Positions 9,745-19,339 of a DNA stretch of 64,000 nt are shown here, piece by piece. The notes under the pieces were generated by a model. That model was not told the DNA's origin and did not search any database. It saw nothing but the letters and a program-made list of their open reading frames with translations. Position 1 is the stretch's first letter; each line of letters opens with the position of its first letter. Made by a program: the position numbers and the translations under genes. Source of the stretch: Candidatus Omnitrophota bacterium. Its GTDB lineage: Bacteria > Omnitrophota > Gorgyraeia > Zapsychrales > Zapsychraceae. The DNA lies in NCBI GenBank assembly GCA_015233115.1, contig JADFYJ010000011.1:17824-81823 (forward strand), read 5' to 3'.

Positions 9745-12700
9745 ATGAGTAAATATAGGACTTCAAACAGTCTATTTGTGCGTAAATTAATAAGTATATT
9801 TCTTATATTTACCTTTATATTCTCTTCAATAAATATTCCGCAATATGCTTATGCTCAAACCGCGCCGCTCATGCCCGTTCCCGGAACTATGGTCGGGTTA
9901 ACTCCGCCGTTTAATCCGCCGGTTCTTAAAGGTATTAAAGTCTATCCAGACAACCCGCTTCGATTTGATTTCATTTTGGATAACGGCTTCGCCCTTATCC
10001 AAAATGACCCTGAGCGACCAGCGGGAGTCGAAGGGTTACAACAAGAAGCGAAAAAGCTTATCAAATATTTTCTAGCCTCACTGACTGTTCCCGAAAACGA
10101 TTTATGGGTCAACCTGTCACCGTACGAAAAAGGCCGCATTGTCCCCAAAGAGTTCGGCCAAACCGAAATGGGCCGGGATCTCTTGGCGCAAGATTATCTT
10201 TTGAAACAAATCACCGCGTCCCTAATGTATCCCGAAAATGAAATCGGCCGAGAATTTTGGGATAAGATATACAAAAAACTGTATTCCTCTCCCCTTCGGG
10301 GAGAGGGAAGGGTGAGGGGTTTAGATATTCCTATCGATACGTTCAATAAGGTTTGGATCGTCCCAGAAAAAGCCGTAGTCTTTGAAAATGGTTCGACTGG
10401 CTCACCATGGAACGCAGCTTATGTCGTTGAAAGTAAATTAAAAGTCATGCTCGAATCAGATTATCTTGCCGCGTCGAAAAATATTGCGTCCTCGTTCGTA
10501 GGGGAGGGTCCCCGCCCCTCCCGCATACAAGAATCCGCCAAACAAATCATCCGCGAAGTCATTATTCCCGCGATCGAAAAAGAAGTGAATACCGGTAAAA
10601 ACTTTGCCCAGCTCCGTCAAGTCTACAACTCTTTGATCCTTGCTGCCTGGTACAAAAAGAAAATCAAAGAAAGCTTATTAAGCAAAATTTATGTCGATAA
10701 AAACAAAATTACCGGCGTAAACATTGATGATCCTAAAGCTGCGGAAAAAATCTGGGCGCAGTACGTCGAGTCATTTAAAAAAGGCGTTTATAACTACATT
10801 AAAGAAGAATACGATCCAAATACACAGCAAATCATTCCGAAAAAATATTTTTCCGGCGGGTTTGATGCCGCTCAATTATTTGGCAACAAAATAAATTCTG
10901 CCCTAACAATAACGAAAGTATTGCCTTCCAATAAAGCAAATGAAGAGAAGCAGCGTAATAGTGTGGTTTCAGTCAATATGGATCCGGTTAATTTTTGGGG
11001 TAAGATTCAAAAACGACTAACTCCTTTCATATTTGCCGCTTCGTTGTTGACTACATCTTACAGCGCGCTTGGAGTTCAATTTTTTAATCATGAACTAGAA
11101 GGGCATGGTAAAGAGACATCAATTGCTTTAGTGCAAAAAGGTGACAGCTTCATTTCCATTGCCCAAGCCATATGTAAAAAAGCCAAAAAATCTTTTACTG
11201 AAGAGCAGATCAAAAGAGTAGCCGACGCCATTAAAGAGGATAATGCGAAAAATTTAAAAGGAGAAAATCTGTCTCCCGGAGAAAATTTAAACATCAATAA
11301 AGCTGAAGGATTGGTTTGGTCCATTGATCTCTTGAATAATTCCCAAATCGTGGCCACATCCAAGATTGCTATTGCAGGGAATCAGCCGATTGATGTTTAT
11401 TTCATTCGACCGGCAGATAAAAAGGAATTTAATAATTTTGTTGCGTTTGCGTCGATTGAAACCGGGCAGCTTTTTATGGATGTTGATCAGTTTGTTGAGC
11501 AATTGAATGTGTTTAAAAAAATTATAAAAAATCCCCGTTCTGTTTGGGCGAAGTTATATCAAGGGAAAAGTGATCAGTATATATTTGAACATTACATGGC
11601 GGAAATGATTTACCATGAATATGTTCACACCTTGACAACGCCTATCATCCGTTCAAAAAAATTTGATTCTCAAACAAAGGAGTTTAAGGAATACCTGCAA
11701 GATGATTCCCATGACATTTATCGGGTGGCAGAAGAAGTGTCTGCCTATTTAGCTCAAGCGTCTGTGAGCGAAGAACCGGCCATGGCATTGACGGGATTGG
11801 TAGATAAAATTGATTCGCAACAATTCGGAACAGATGATTATGCTGCGGCTGGTTTTGTTTTGATGCGCCAAATCATGACCCCATTAGGATATGAACAATA
11901 TTTATTAAACACCATGAAGCAGCAACAAGGACGGGAAATAACCGCAGACGAAAAAAAAGGTTTGCATGAAGCTTATGAATCGGGTTCGTATGCGATGAAC
12001 GAATATAGGGGTGTATTAGCAAAATTTTTGCTTCAAAATCCAAAAGATCAATTACGGCAATCAACACACGCTTCATTCAAAAATATATTCGGAATCGATT
12101 TGCCTGGCTTTACTCAATTTACAATTCCGAGACAAGTTATAGAGGATTATTCAACAAGAGGAGCAGAACATAAATTAATAGATGCTGGCGACGTTATTAA
12201 AGATCAGGCGATGATTGCGGGAAAATTAAAATCTAAAATTATTCGTGCCTTGGCGGTTTCGTTAATGGCATATTATTTTACGGGATCTGTTAAGGGTGCA
12301 GAGTTTACGGATATTTCTTTTCCTTATGGATATAAAACAACAGTGGCAAAAGCGCAGACAGGGGATACACCCGAATCAGTGGTGAGAAGATTTGTTGATT
12401 TGCAGGTTGTGGCACAGAAAAAGTATATGCCTTTAGGGGATACGGTTTGGGATGAATTTGTTAGTAAGTATGGTTTGATTGATAATTATGGAGTACTACA
12501 AGAAAAATTTATAGCGTTGAAAGATTTTAACGAGTTTAAGTCGGTTATTGGTGCAATGAATGAGGAATATGCAAAGAAAATATATGATTATTTAAAGTTA
12601 ATTCAGGAACATATCTATAAACTCAGCCCAGATGAAATTGCCCAGATAACCAGTAAAATTAGTAAAAATTTACAGAGAAAAATAGCAAACGGTAAATTTG

Positions 12701-15700
12701 TTCCAGGCGAAATTGTTGATTTGAAATCAGCAACCGAGGAGTTGCGTTTTATTTCAACGCTCAAAAGCGATGATATCGTGGGCAGCACAACTGTTACTAT
12801 CAATAAGAATCCAGTAGAAATTTATTTTGTGAATAAAGATACCGGGGTTAGGTTGGCGTATACGTCAGAAAACAGGGTGTTTATGAATTTAGGAAGTTTT
12901 CGGGCAATTCCTGGTGAAACAAAAGAGATTATAGCCGAAGCCACGAAGGAAAGTATTTCACAATTACAGGTACGAACTTTTCCGGCAGGTATTAAAGACA
13001 GTGAGATTTTCTTTTCTAAACTTAGAGAACTATTGGCTCATGAGTTTGCGCATACGTTGACTACAGCTTTAGTGGAAAGTGGCGCAGTTAAAATATACCC
13101 AGCGCCAGTTTCGGATAATGAATACATGGCAACCATGGAAGTGTCAGGGATTTTGGGTCAAATCGCGGGTAGCGACCATCCGGTTAAAACATTTGCAGAA
13201 TTCAAAGGTGCGGCACAAAGTCTTTTTTTCGAAGGCGGGCAACAATATATTATTGCTTCGCAAACGATTAGTGACCGTATGCTTGAGCTTTTGCATTTTG
13301 GTGATTATGTGCTTAAACGGGAAAATGAAAAACGCGATAAGTCAGAAAAGGAACCGTCTAAACCATTAACTGCGGATGATTTCTCGAATTTGAAGAAAGA
13401 GGCGGTTACTCAAATTATGACAGATCTTAAACAATCGGGTTATATTAATGCCGAAGGTAAAATTTTACAATGTCCTCTTTTGGGTGATGCCAGGGAATTT
13501 AAAATTAATGGTAAATATTCCGATAAAGAACGTGAAATGATTTATGACCGCTTACTGCGCTCATATGATCTTAATTCGTGGGGTGTGTCGGAGGATTTAA
13601 AAGATGGTGCTGTTTTTAAGGAGGATGCAATCGAATTTTTTCTAAAGTTAAATCCGGACGCCGTGCGTCAGGCGGCTCGCGATGTTCATAAAGCCATATT
13701 TGGCGTTGACCTGTCCACAGATCCTGTGACAATTCCTGATTTTGTGAAAGAGTATAGCATTAAGAAATATTTTCCTGCTGAAGAAACGACAAAAAGCCAT
13801 AAAGATCAAGCAATGATTGTAGGGCAATTAAAGTACAAAATTATTCGGGCCTTGGCGGTTTCGTTAATGGCATATTATTTTACGGGCGCTGTTAAGGGCG
13901 CAGAATACACAGATATTTCATTTCCTTATGGATATAAAACAACGGTAGCAAAGACTCAGCAAGGGGATACACCTGAATCAGTTGTTAAGAGGTTTATTGA
14001 TTTACAAGTGGTAGCACAAAAAAAGTTGATGCCCTTGGGAGATACGGTATGGGATGATTTCGTTAAGTATGGGTTTATTGATAATTTTGGCGTGCTTCAA
14101 GAAAAATTTTTGGCATTAAAAAATTTTGAAGATTTTAAAAAAGTTATCGGCCCAATGAAAGAGGAATATGCAAAGAAAATATATGATTACTTAAAGTTAG
14201 TTCAAGAGCATATCATTAAACTCAGCCCGGATGAAATTGCTCAATTAACAAGTAAAATTAGTAAAAATTCGGTGGTAAAAATAAAACATGGAAAATTTAG
14301 TCCTGACGAAATCGTTGATTTGAAATCCGCAACTGAGGAACTCAGTTTTATATTACAGCTTAAAAGCGACGATATTGTCGGGAGCACAACAGTTTCGATC
14401 AATAAGAAGCCGGTAGAAATTTATTTTGTGAACAAGGACACCGGTGTTCATTTGGCATATACTTCGGAAAACAGGGTCTTTATGAATTTAGGAGGTTTTC
14501 GGTCTGCGACAACTGACACAAAACAGATTATAGCTCAAGCCAAAAAAAATAGTATTAGTCAATTAGATGTACGCGCTTTTCCTGTAGGAACAACAGATAG
14601 CGACATTTTCTTTTCTAAGCTCAAAGAACTATTGGCTCATGAGTTTGCGCATACGTTGACTACAGCTTTAGTGGAAAGCGGCGCAGTTAAAATATACCCA
14701 GCGCCAGTTTCGGATAATGAATACATGGCAACCATGGAAGTGTCAGGGATTTTGGGTCAAATCGCGGGAAGCGACCATCCGGTTAAAACATTTGCAGAAT
14801 TCAAAGGTGCGGCACAAAGTCTTTTTTTCGAAGGCGGACAGCAATATATTATTGCGTCACGCACGATTAGTGAGAGGATGCTTGAATTGTTGCATTTTGA
14901 TGAGTATGTGCTAAAACGCGAACACGAAAAACAAGATAAGGTGAAAAAGGAGCCGTCGAAACCATTGAAAGCGGATGATTTTTTTGGTTTTGAAAAAGAG
15001 GCCGTCCCGAAAATTATGGCGGATCTTCAAGGTATGGGGTATATCGATAATAAAGGAAATATTTTACAATGTCCGCTTTTGGGTAATGCTAAAGATTTTA
15101 AAATCAAAGGTCATTATTCTGCTGAAGAACGTGAAATGATTTATCGATATTTATTAAGGGCATTTGATCATCATATGTTAGGTGTCTTGCTGCAGTTACA
15201 AGATGGAATCGCTTCAGACGAGGATGAAGTTGAATTTTTTCTGGGTTTAAATCCGGATGCCGTGCGTCAGGCGGCTCGCGATGTTCATAAAGCCATATTT
15301 GGCGTTGACTTGCCCACGAATCCTGTGACAATTCCGGATTTTGTAAAAGAGTATAGCATTAAGAAATATTTTCCTGCTGAAGAAAAGACAAACAGCCATA
15401 AAGATCAGGCGATGACAAATGAAGAAACAGCTGCAACTAACATGAATCAAAATATCGAGCAAGAGCCTATACCAGTCTTTGGCATGTCTCCATGGCGAAG
15501 GGATAACATAAGCTTCAAACAAATTACTGATGTTGGCCGGTTGAATGCTGCAGGTGTACGAAAATTAATCGGGTATATCGATTCACTCCCTGCTCCCGAA
15601 GTTGAGCAAATCATTAAATATTATATGGCTAAGGGTTTTGGTGTTAAGGCATATAAAAACGGAGAGATTTCTATCAATGGAGGGGCGGTATTTGTTTGGG

Positions 15701-16095
15701 ATCGTGTTAATCTGCAAAAGCTGATTAATCAGAATTTAGGCATTTTGAAAGCAGCCGGAATACCCAGTGATAAGGACGGCGGGATATCTGCGGATGATTT
15801 AGCTGACTATATTGCAAAACATAACGTATCTTCTGAAAAATATCCTGAAGCCTATGCCACCGTTGGAATAGCTTTTGCTGATTCTCGTTTTAATCAGCAG
15901 GCATTGGCTTTTAATAAAGGCGGTATTGACTTGAATCCTGTAGACAAAACCTTGCAAATTCAAAGCAACGGCGATGTCATTAAATTCAACATCGACCCTG
16001 CCATGCTGGAACAGTTAAAAAATGCTTCCGGTTTTTCGCCTATCATTATCAATATTACGCCGCTGAAGGATTTAAAAATGTTTTTGGGGATATGA
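9745..16095 (+). CDS. Giant secreted modular protein A (conserved N-domain, three LysM-like/HExxH modules, GGIDLN C-domain)
   Basis: 2116-aa ORF; signal peptide (YAYAQ); N- and C-terminal similarity to 40775-45784; KDQAM junctions; HEYVH/HEFAH motifs. Confidence 0.85.
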   Translation: MSKYRTSNSLFVRKLISIFLIFTFIFSSINIPQYAYAQTAPLMPVPGTMVGLTPPFNPPVLKGIKVYPDNPLRFDFILDNGFALIQNDPERPAGVEGLQQEAKKLIKYFLASLTVPENDLWVNLSPYEKGRIVPKEFGQTEMGRDLLAQDYLLKQITASLMYPENEIGREFWDKIYKKLYSSPLRGEGRVRGLDIPIDTFNKVWIVPEKAVVFENGSTGSPWNAAYVVESKLKVMLESDYLAASKNIASSFVGEGPRPSRIQESAKQIIREVIIPAIEKEVNTGKNFAQLRQVYNSLILAAWYKKKIKESLLSKIYVDKNKITGVNIDDPKAAEKIWAQYVESFKKGVYNYIKEEYDPNTQQIIPKKYFSGGFDAAQLFGNKINSALTITKVLPSNKANEEKQRNSVVSVNMDPVNFWGKIQKRLTPFIFAASLLTTSYSALGVQFFNHELEGHGKETSIALVQKGDSFISIAQAICKKAKKSFTEEQIKRVADAIKEDNAKNLKGENLSPGENLNINKAEGLVWSIDLLNNSQIVATSKIAIAGNQPIDVYFIRPADKKEFNNFVAFASIETGQLFMDVDQFVEQLNVFKKIIKNPRSVWAKLYQGKSDQYIFEHYMAEMIYHEYVHTLTTPIIRSKKFDSQTKEFKEYLQDDSHDIYRVAEEVSAYLAQASVSEEPAMALTGLVDKIDSQQFGTDDYAAAGFVLMRQIMTPLGYEQYLLNTMKQQQGREITADEKKGLHEAYESGSYAMNEYRGVLAKFLLQNPKDQLRQSTHASFKNIFGIDLPGFTQFTIPRQVIEDYSTRGAEHKLIDAGDVIKDQAMIAGKLKSKIIRALAVSLMAYYFTGSVKGAEFTDISFPYGYKTTVAKAQTGDTPESVVRRFVDLQVVAQKKYMPLGDTVWDEFVSKYGLIDNYGVLQEKFIALKDFNEFKSVIGAMNEEYAKKIYDYLKLIQEHIYKLSPDEIAQITSKISKNLQRKIANGKFVPGEIVDLKSATEELRFISTLKSDDIVGSTTVTINKNPVEIYFVNKDTGVRLAYTSENRVFMNLGSFRAIPGETKEIIAEATKESISQLQVRTFPAGIKDSEIFFSKLRELLAHEFAHTLTTALVESGAVKIYPAPVSDNEYMATMEVSGILGQIAGSDHPVKTFAEFKGAAQSLFFEGGQQYIIASQTISDRMLELLHFGDYVLKRENEKRDKSEKEPSKPLTADDFSNLKKEAVTQIMTDLKQSGYINAEGKILQCPLLGDAREFKINGKYSDKEREMIYDRLLRSYDLNSWGVSEDLKDGAVFKEDAIEFFLKLNPDAVRQAARDVHKAIFGVDLSTDPVTIPDFVKEYSIKKYFPAEETTKSHKDQAMIVGQLKYKIIRALAVSLMAYYFTGAVKGAEYTDISFPYGYKTTVAKTQQGDTPESVVKRFIDLQVVAQKKLMPLGDTVWDDFVKYGFIDNFGVLQEKFLALKNFEDFKKVIGPMKEEYAKKIYDYLKLVQEHIIKLSPDEIAQLTSKISKNSVVKIKHGKFSPDEIVDLKSATEELSFILQLKSDDIVGSTTVSINKKPVEIYFVNKDTGVHLAYTSENRVFMNLGGFRSATTDTKQIIAQAKKNSISQLDVRAFPVGTTDSDIFFSKLKELLAHEFAHTLTTALVESGAVKIYPAPVSDNEYMATMEVSGILGQIAGSDHPVKTFAEFKGAAQSLFFEGGQQYIIASRTISERMLELLHFDEYVLKREHEKQDKVKKEPSKPLKADDFFGFEKEAVPKIMADLQGMGYIDNKGNILQCPLLGNAKDFKIKGHYSAEEREMIYRYLLRAFDHHMLGVLLQLQDGIASDEDEVEFFLGLNPDAVRQAARDVHKAIFGVDLPTNPVTIPDFVKEYSIKKYFPAEEKTNSHKDQAMTNEETAATNMNQNIEQEPIPVFGMSPWRRDNISFKQITDVGRLNAAGVRKLIGYIDSLPAPEVEQIIKYYMAKGFGVKAYKNGEISINGGAVFVWDRVNLQKLINQNLGILKAAGIPSDKDGGISADDLADYIAKHNVSSEKYPEAYATVGIAFADSRFNQQALAFNKGGIDLNPVDKTLQIQSNGDVIKFNIDPAMLEQLKNASGFSPIIINITPLKDLKMFLGI
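12202..15402 (+). repeat. Tandem ~1.6-kb intragenic duplication (12202-13803, 13804-15402)
   Basis: Two 533-534-aa units, each starting DQAMI(A/V)G and ending KKYFPAEE...SHK. Confidence 0.92.
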
Positions 16096-16227
16096 CCCAG
16101 GGAACACTGCGGCGGTGGACCAGCGGCCACTGATGTGATATTCTATTTGTACCATGAAAAACAATCTTGACATATTCAAATTTTATGGTGTATTTATGGC
16201 GGAGTAAACTCCAAAAAGGAAGCAAAA

Positions 16228-18375
16228 ATGGAGATTAGATGGCTTTCCCCGTTTTTTCTGGGTTTGATATCAACCCTCGCCCAAATTATGCTTTTGCGTG
16301 AATTGAATGGGGTGTTTGGCGGGAATGAGATTGGATACGCGTTTGTGCTCGGGAGTTGGTTATTATGGGTGGCTCTTGGCGCTGCGGCTATTAGGTTATT
16401 AGGCTACCGAGTAAAAAATGTAAAAGTTTTACTGTTTATTGGGTTTTTGCTGTTTATTGGGTTTTTGCTGTTTGCAATCCTGATTCCTTCCTTAATTTTT
16501 TTATCCCGTTATCTTAAATTGTTTTTTAATATTCATCCCGGAGAATTAGTGGGTTTGCCGTGGATGATGGGTGTTTCTATCCTTGTGACCGCGCCGCTTA
16601 GTTTTTTAACCGGAGCGATGTTCGCGGTATGCTGTCTACCTTATAGAAAACAAAACTCGCGGAATAATGACTATGTCACTAAAATTTATTACGCTGAATC
16701 TTTAGGGTCGGCTTCAGGAGGAGCTTTATTTTCTTTTGTCATGGTATATTTCTTATCCAATTTGTGGATAGGGTTGGGGCTGGGAGCTTTGGATGCCAAA
16801 TCTAAACAAGCACAATGGTCACCCTTGAAGGTTGCGGCATATACAGATTCTTTGTACGGGCAGTTGACTCTTACTGAATCCAAGGGAGAATACAGTTTAT
16901 ATGAAAACGGTGGGCACAGTTTTACGACCGGGGATTTTTTATCGTCGGAAGAGATGACGCACTATGCCATGCTTTGGCACCCTAATCCTAAAAGAGTTTT
17001 GTTGATAGGAGGGGGAATGGGTGGGGCGTTAGAAGAGATTTTAAAATACAGATCAGCCCAAATCGACTATGTTGAGCTTGATCCAAAAATAATGAGTTTA
17101 AGCGGAGCTAATTTACCGACGCGGTATACCAAAGTTTTGAATGACCCGCGGACCCGCGTGATTAATATGGACGGACGGCGTTTTGTCAAAACCGCGCAGA
17201 TGAATGTTATGACCAAGTCTCCTTATGATGTGATCATTATTGGTGTCGGCGATCCGCATACTTTATTGCAGAACCGTTATTACACTAAAGAATTTTTTGC
17301 TGAGGCGAAACGGGTGCTTAATCAAGACGGGGTGATTAGTTTTTCCGCTCAGTCTGCGGCAGATTATCTGAGTAAGGAAAACCGTCAATCTTTACAATCG
17401 TTTTATTCCACCTTAAAAACTTCATTTAAAAATATTAAATCTTTGCCTGGAGACAGGCATATTTTTGTCGCGTCCAACCGGAATGACTTTGGGTCATGGA
17501 CAGCCGCGTTTTTTGAACAGCAGATCAAACAACGGGGGATTAATACACAATTTGTTTCTAAGGCGTATTTGCCCGCGCGGTTTGATCCATACCGTATAGC
17601 TGAAGTGGAAAAAATCTTGTCTGTTCCCGGGTGGATTAATACCGATGAAAGACCAACCGCTTTTTTATTAGATACCTCTTTGTGGGCCAGTCATTTTAAT
17701 ACTGGATTCGGTGAGTGGTTTGGCCGTCTTGCCAATATTTCTTTTCTTTTCGTTATAGGTTTTATTGTCATCTTGTTTTTGTTTTTTGCTGTTTGGTCGC
17801 GCTTCAAAAAAAATGTTGCCATGGGTACGGCAATTTTTGTAACGGGATTTTGGGGTATGGTTTATCAGATTTTGATCATTCTGGCGTTTCAAAGTATTTT
17901 CGGCTATGTATATCAGAAAATAGGTTTGATCATTGCGTTATTTATGCTTGGATTAGCCGGAGGAAGTTGGATAGCACAAAAACAGTCCCATAATAATGAT
18001 CAAAAGAGGATTCAGAAAATATTCAACAGTTCACAAGTTTGGGGCATGTTTTATTGTTTGTTTTTACCATTTATTTTTTTAGTGTTTCGTGATACTGTGT
18101 TGAAAGGTTTTCAAGTGGATATTTTGTTCTTCGTATTTATGAGTTTGCCTTTTTTAGCCGGAGGGATGGTCGGGTGGCAGTATGGCCTGGCTGTTATGTT
18201 ATTGGGAAATGAAAGCAGGTCTGCCACAGGTTTATACGCGTTGGATGTGCTTGGCGCAGCCTTAGGCGCTTTTTTAGCGGGGATATTTTTAGTGCCGGTT
18301 TTCGGTATCAGTCAGGTGTCATTGTTGTGCGGATTTTTGAATTTTGCTGTATTTTTAATCTTTGTGCTTTTTTAG
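16228..18375 (+). CDS. Membrane-fused spermidine synthase-like (MFS/SpeE fusion) protein
   Basis: Many TM helices flanking HPNPKRVLLIGGGMGG, VELDP, DGRRFV, YTKEFF. Confidence 0.8.
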   Translation: MEIRWLSPFFLGLISTLAQIMLLRELNGVFGGNEIGYAFVLGSWLLWVALGAAAIRLLGYRVKNVKVLLFIGFLLFIGFLLFAILIPSLIFLSRYLKLFFNIHPGELVGLPWMMGVSILVTAPLSFLTGAMFAVCCLPYRKQNSRNNDYVTKIYYAESLGSASGGALFSFVMVYFLSNLWIGLGLGALDAKSKQAQWSPLKVAAYTDSLYGQLTLTESKGEYSLYENGGHSFTTGDFLSSEEMTHYAMLWHPNPKRVLLIGGGMGGALEEILKYRSAQIDYVELDPKIMSLSGANLPTRYTKVLNDPRTRVINMDGRRFVKTAQMNVMTKSPYDVIIIGVGDPHTLLQNRYYTKEFFAEAKRVLNQDGVISFSAQSAADYLSKENRQSLQSFYSTLKTSFKNIKSLPGDRHIFVASNRNDFGSWTAAFFEQQIKQRGINTQFVSKAYLPARFDPYRIAEVEKILSVPGWINTDERPTAFLLDTSLWASHFNTGFGEWFGRLANISFLFVIGFIVILFLFFAVWSRFKKNVAMGTAIFVTGFWGMVYQILIILAFQSIFGYVYQKIGLIIALFMLGLAGGSWIAQKQSHNNDQKRIQKIFNSSQVWGMFYCLFLPFIFLVFRDTVLKGFQVDILFFVFMSLPFLAGGMVGWQYGLAVMLLGNESRSATGLYALDVLGAALGAFLAGIFLVPVFGISQVSLLCGFLNFAVFLIFVLF

Positions 18376-18448
18376 TTTTTTTGTTTTACTCTGTTACTTT
18401 GTTACTTTGTTACTCGGTTACTCTGTCACTTTTACAAAAGGAGTTTGC

Positions 18449-18868
18449 ATGCCCACGAAAGTTAATCGCAATAAATTTTTCCGTTTAAACCAATACCAGT
18501 TATCAATTATTTTAGTTACATTTGTTCCTATGTTAGTGATGGCGGTGACTGTGACTTTTTTAGTGCGTAATATGCATATGCAGGCGATTGTGAATTTGAT
18601 TTATGGATCATCAACGGATATGGTGCATTTTATTGAACAGGCGGCTTTTGTTTTGTTAGCAACGGTTTGGACGTTATTTGTTATTAGTATGGTTATTGCG
18701 TTTTCAGTATCCAATAGGCTGGTAGGAGGGTTTGAGCGGATTTTACGTGAATTAGACAGCGTGATTGAACATAAATATCCCAACAAAATTGTAGCGCGTA
18801 AAAAAGATAAATTAGCCAGCGAATTGGTCAGCCGAATTAATATGTTGATTGAAAAAATCCCGAATTAA
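18449..18868 (+). CDS. Two-TM membrane protein with HAMP-like tail
   Basis: ATG after aaggag RBS; two hydrophobic helices, then SNRLVGGFERILRELD...RKKD. Confidence 0.6.
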   Translation: MPTKVNRNKFFRLNQYQLSIILVTFVPMLVMAVTVTFLVRNMHMQAIVNLIYGSSTDMVHFIEQAAFVLLATVWTLFVISMVIAFSVSNRLVGGFERILRELDSVIEHKYPNKIVARKKDKLASELVSRINMLIEKIPN

Positions 18869-18990
18869 GCGCGCGGTTGGGACGGTTTCGCATTTAAATC
18901 GAATCCCTTCGCTCAAACAACCTTGGCGCGGCGCCAAGGAAACTCGCTCTGGGGATTCAATTTAAATGCAGACCTATTTATTGGCACGCG
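18869..18990 (+). repeat. ~120-bp structured dispersed repeat, copy 1
   Basis: gcgcgcggttggg...gcatttaaa...cgctcaaacaaccttggcg..cgccaaggaaactcgctc...ggattc...ggcacgcg; three more copies in the window. Confidence 0.9.
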
Positions 18991-19094
18991 TTTTTATTGT
19001 AGCGGCGATCTTCTGCTTGCCTTGCCGTAGTTTTAAAGCAGGCAGGATCGCCTGTAACAAAATAATCGTTTTTGTTTTTTAAATTTCAGAAAGT

Positions 19095-19262
19095 TTATCC
19101 CGCCAGCGAATCGTTTTGGGAATAATAGCGCGCAGTTTGGAGCGGTTTGGTTTCTTCCGTTTTGCCGACTGAAAGACCTTTGAATATTTTATCAAACGGA
19201 ATCAAAATCGCGGCAAGAGCCAGCCCCATTAATTTCAAAAAATCTTTTCTGGAAAGCTTCAT
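19095..19262 (-). CDS. 55-aa protein with Tat-like signal (not in ORF track)
   Basis: Manual translation MKLSRKDFLKLMGLALAAILIPFDKIFKGLSVGKTEETKPLQTARYYSQNDSLAG; co-oriented downstream of the radical SAM gene. Confidence 0.65.
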   Translation of the reverse strand: MKLSRKDFLKLMGLALAAILIPFDKIFKGLSVGKTEETKPLQTARYYSQNDSLAG

Positions 19263-19308
19263 TTTTATGTCTTGTTTTTAAATATTGATAAGAAAAATAC
19301 AAATAGTT

Positions 19309-19337
19309 GTCATCCCCGAGGTTTAAATCGGGGATCC
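19309..19337 (+). repeat. GTCATCCCCGA-n-TCGGGGATCC palindromic element
   Basis: gtcatccccgaggtttaaatcggggatcc hairpin. Confidence 0.55.
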
Positions 19338-19339
19338 AT

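Noticed and set aside
12202-12213. DQAM junction DNA (gatcaggcgatg) resembles part of the REP (gatcaggagatc)
   Set aside because: Other junctions (gacgcggcgatg, gatactgcgatg) do not match the REP, so a REP origin is unsupported.
19128-19150. Apparent fifth partial copy of the 120-bp repeat (gcgcgcagtttggagcggtttgg)
   Set aside because: Short match that lies within the 55-aa minus-strand ORF; probably chance.
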